Shown: piece after piece, positions 62,522 to 64,000 of the stretch
How positions within the stretch are numbered: position 1 is the first letter of the stretch
Layout: each line of letters starts with the position of its first letter
From: Octopus sinensis
Lineage: Eukaryota
DNA length: 64,000 bases
Direction of reading: 5' to 3'
Assembly (NCBI RefSeq): GCF_006345805.1
Contig: NC_043012.1
Location: forward strand, 3,100,001-3,164,000
The notes under the pieces: generated by a model
What the model saw: only the letters and a program-made list of their open reading frames with translations
Database searches by the model: none
What the model was told of the DNA's origin: nothing
Position numbers and translations under genes: made by a program

Positions 62522-62617
62522 TAGGAAGCCAAACCTCTCAGATGAGAATTAATTATTGTCAAATTAGGAATTAATGAGAATTAAATAATGACAGAGAAGT
62601 AAGTATATTACACTTAC

Positions 62618-62754
62618 CCATTTTGAAGACTGATTGTCATCTATGTTAAGTACTTGAACACGTGGTCGGTCCTGAAGCAGATTGACACCGACCCAAATTG
62701 GAATAACTAAATATGGAACATTCAAGAAGATTACCCACTTTATGGGATATTTAC
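62618..62754 (-). CDS. TM6SF1-like: TM6SF1/TM6SF2-like EXPERA-domain membrane protein, internal exon; gene 5' end lies beyond the window
   Basis: Minus-strand acceptor ttattcacag|GT (phase 1) and donor TGG|GTAAGT. GKYPIKWVIFLNVPYLVIPIWVGVNLLQDRPR... resembles recalled human TM6SF1 [25 protein letters not shown]. Confidence 0.9.
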
Positions 62755-62899
62755 CTGTGAATAAACACATTTAAAATGATATTTAGATTTTTAATAAATT
62801 AATTGATTGCTACCAAATAAGACTGACCTACACAGATTAACCAAATTTAGAACTTTGAAGCAACCAATAAAAAGATTTGTTAGTAATGTCTAAATCAGA

Positions 62900-63552
62900 C
62901 ATTTCAAATCACATTACCTGAACTCTTTTAGTACCAGGCTACTTCATGGGATTATGGGCTACCATTGGTTGGATTTTGAATCCAACCAATGACTCTACTC
63001 AGAAACTGGGATGCATCCTGTTACTTGTATGATTCAGGAGTGTCACCTCAGACTGTTTGATCATGTTGCCTGGTTTTCCAAGTTGGATCTTGCATACCAC
63101 GTTCTCTTCTCTGATAATCCTGCTGGTGGTGATGGCTCTTTCTATTTCTTTACTGCCCACAAGGGGCTAAACATAGAGGGGACAAACAAGGACAGCCAAA
63201 AGGGATTAAGTCAATTACATCGACCACATTGCGTAATTGATACTTAATTTATCGACCCCGAAAGGATGAAAGGCAAAGTCAACCTTGGCGGAATTTGAAC
63301 TCAGAATGTAACGGCAGAAGAAATACTGCTACACATTTCGCTTGGCATGCTAACATTTCTGCCAGCTCGCTGCCTTTCTGGTCAACCACATACCACATGG
63401 TCATGATGGATGAGGAAGTATCTTGTGGAGATGGGGACTATCTGGGACACTGCTCGGAGGGTTGCCAAGCAGATACTGAACAGATAGCAACAAATGGTGT
63501 GTACAGTAACATTCTGCAGCAACACATGCCTCCATACCTGTCCTGACCTGAC
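62900..63552 (+). mobile_element. RTE-clade LINE 3' fragment, split by a SINE
   Basis: FSTRLLHGIMGYHWLDFESN...ETGMHPVTCMIQECHLRLFDHVAWFSKLDLAYHVL, resuming after the SINE with GQPHTTW...; ends in an ACCTG(T)CCTGACCTGAC tail. Resembles the RTE C-terminus RLxLxGHVAR...GRP. Confidence 0.7.
63142..63376 (-). mobile_element. SINE family A inserted in the RTE fragment
   Basis: Full reverse copy interrupting RTE coding remnants. Confidence 0.85.
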
Positions 63553-64000
63553 ACTTTATAAATTCTAGACCTAACAATTTAAAACAAACTTCCATGGCAA
63601 CCATACATTTTTCACATAGTCTTGTTCCTTGTCAGAAATGTTTCGAGACTGCAGCTAATGTTTCAGAAAGTACAAATCTGTACTATATTAGCACGCTACC
63701 CACACATACAGTGTTCCATCTACATTCATATTCTGAGTAAAAATAAATGTTGGGGGATAGGGGCAGACATGCATTTGAAATACAAGTTTCCACACACCAA
63801 CATATCACAACCCCAGACCCATTCTCACAATATGTCTCTCATCTGTCTTTTTGACTCTGAATGCAATTTCCTGATGAAAGTTATAGCAGTTTGAATATGA
63901 TTGATTGAACTGTGATTATTCTTTCATGATGGGAGTTACAGCAGATTGATTATGATTGATCTTTTATGATGAGAGATACAGGAGATCAGCTATGATTTTT

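Noticed and set aside
62760-64000. Next upstream TM6SF exon (expected YWxGS-type motif ending in a phase-1 Gly)
   Set aside because: No matching minus-strand frame found; the interval is RTE/SINE-derived, so the exon probably lies beyond the window.

Overview
Eukaryotic, AT-rich, microsatellite- and SINE-dense genomic DNA. The repeat landscape looks like a coleoid cephalopod, probably Octopus sp.; this is an inference, not a database result. The window holds the 3' parts of two convergent spliced genes. (1) Plus strand: an SH2-domain adapter of the SHB/SHD/SHE/SHF family, with five phase-compatible coding exons (1278-1615, 13553-14180, 31368-31536, 35946-36065, 37711-37894; 479 codons plus stop). 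It has four repeated YE(E/V)PWD tyrosine modules and a C-terminal SH2 domain. (2) Minus strand: a TM6SF1/TM6SF2-like EXPERA-domain membrane protein, with four coding exons (62754-62618, 61591-61508, 59119-59030, 56177-55755). Both stop codons are followed by about 5 kb almost free of SINEs, probably long 3' UTRs. Introns and intergenic DNA contain at least four SINE/retroposon families, TTAA piggyBac-type and TA pogo-type MITEs, Helitron/Helentron-like elements, and fragments of mariner, RTE, CR1/Jockey-type and R4/Dong-type elements. I found no unambiguous new biological system. The most unusual structures are a fold-back mariner built from two inverted 5' ends, a near-perfect SINE hairpin in an intron, the repeated phosphotyrosine-helix module in the adapter, SINE families that share or swap modules, a Dong-like RLE retrotransposon sitting in an (AAT)n tract, and cryptic repeats in the two putative UTRs. 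Exon boundaries were worked out base by base; most TE boundaries are approximate.
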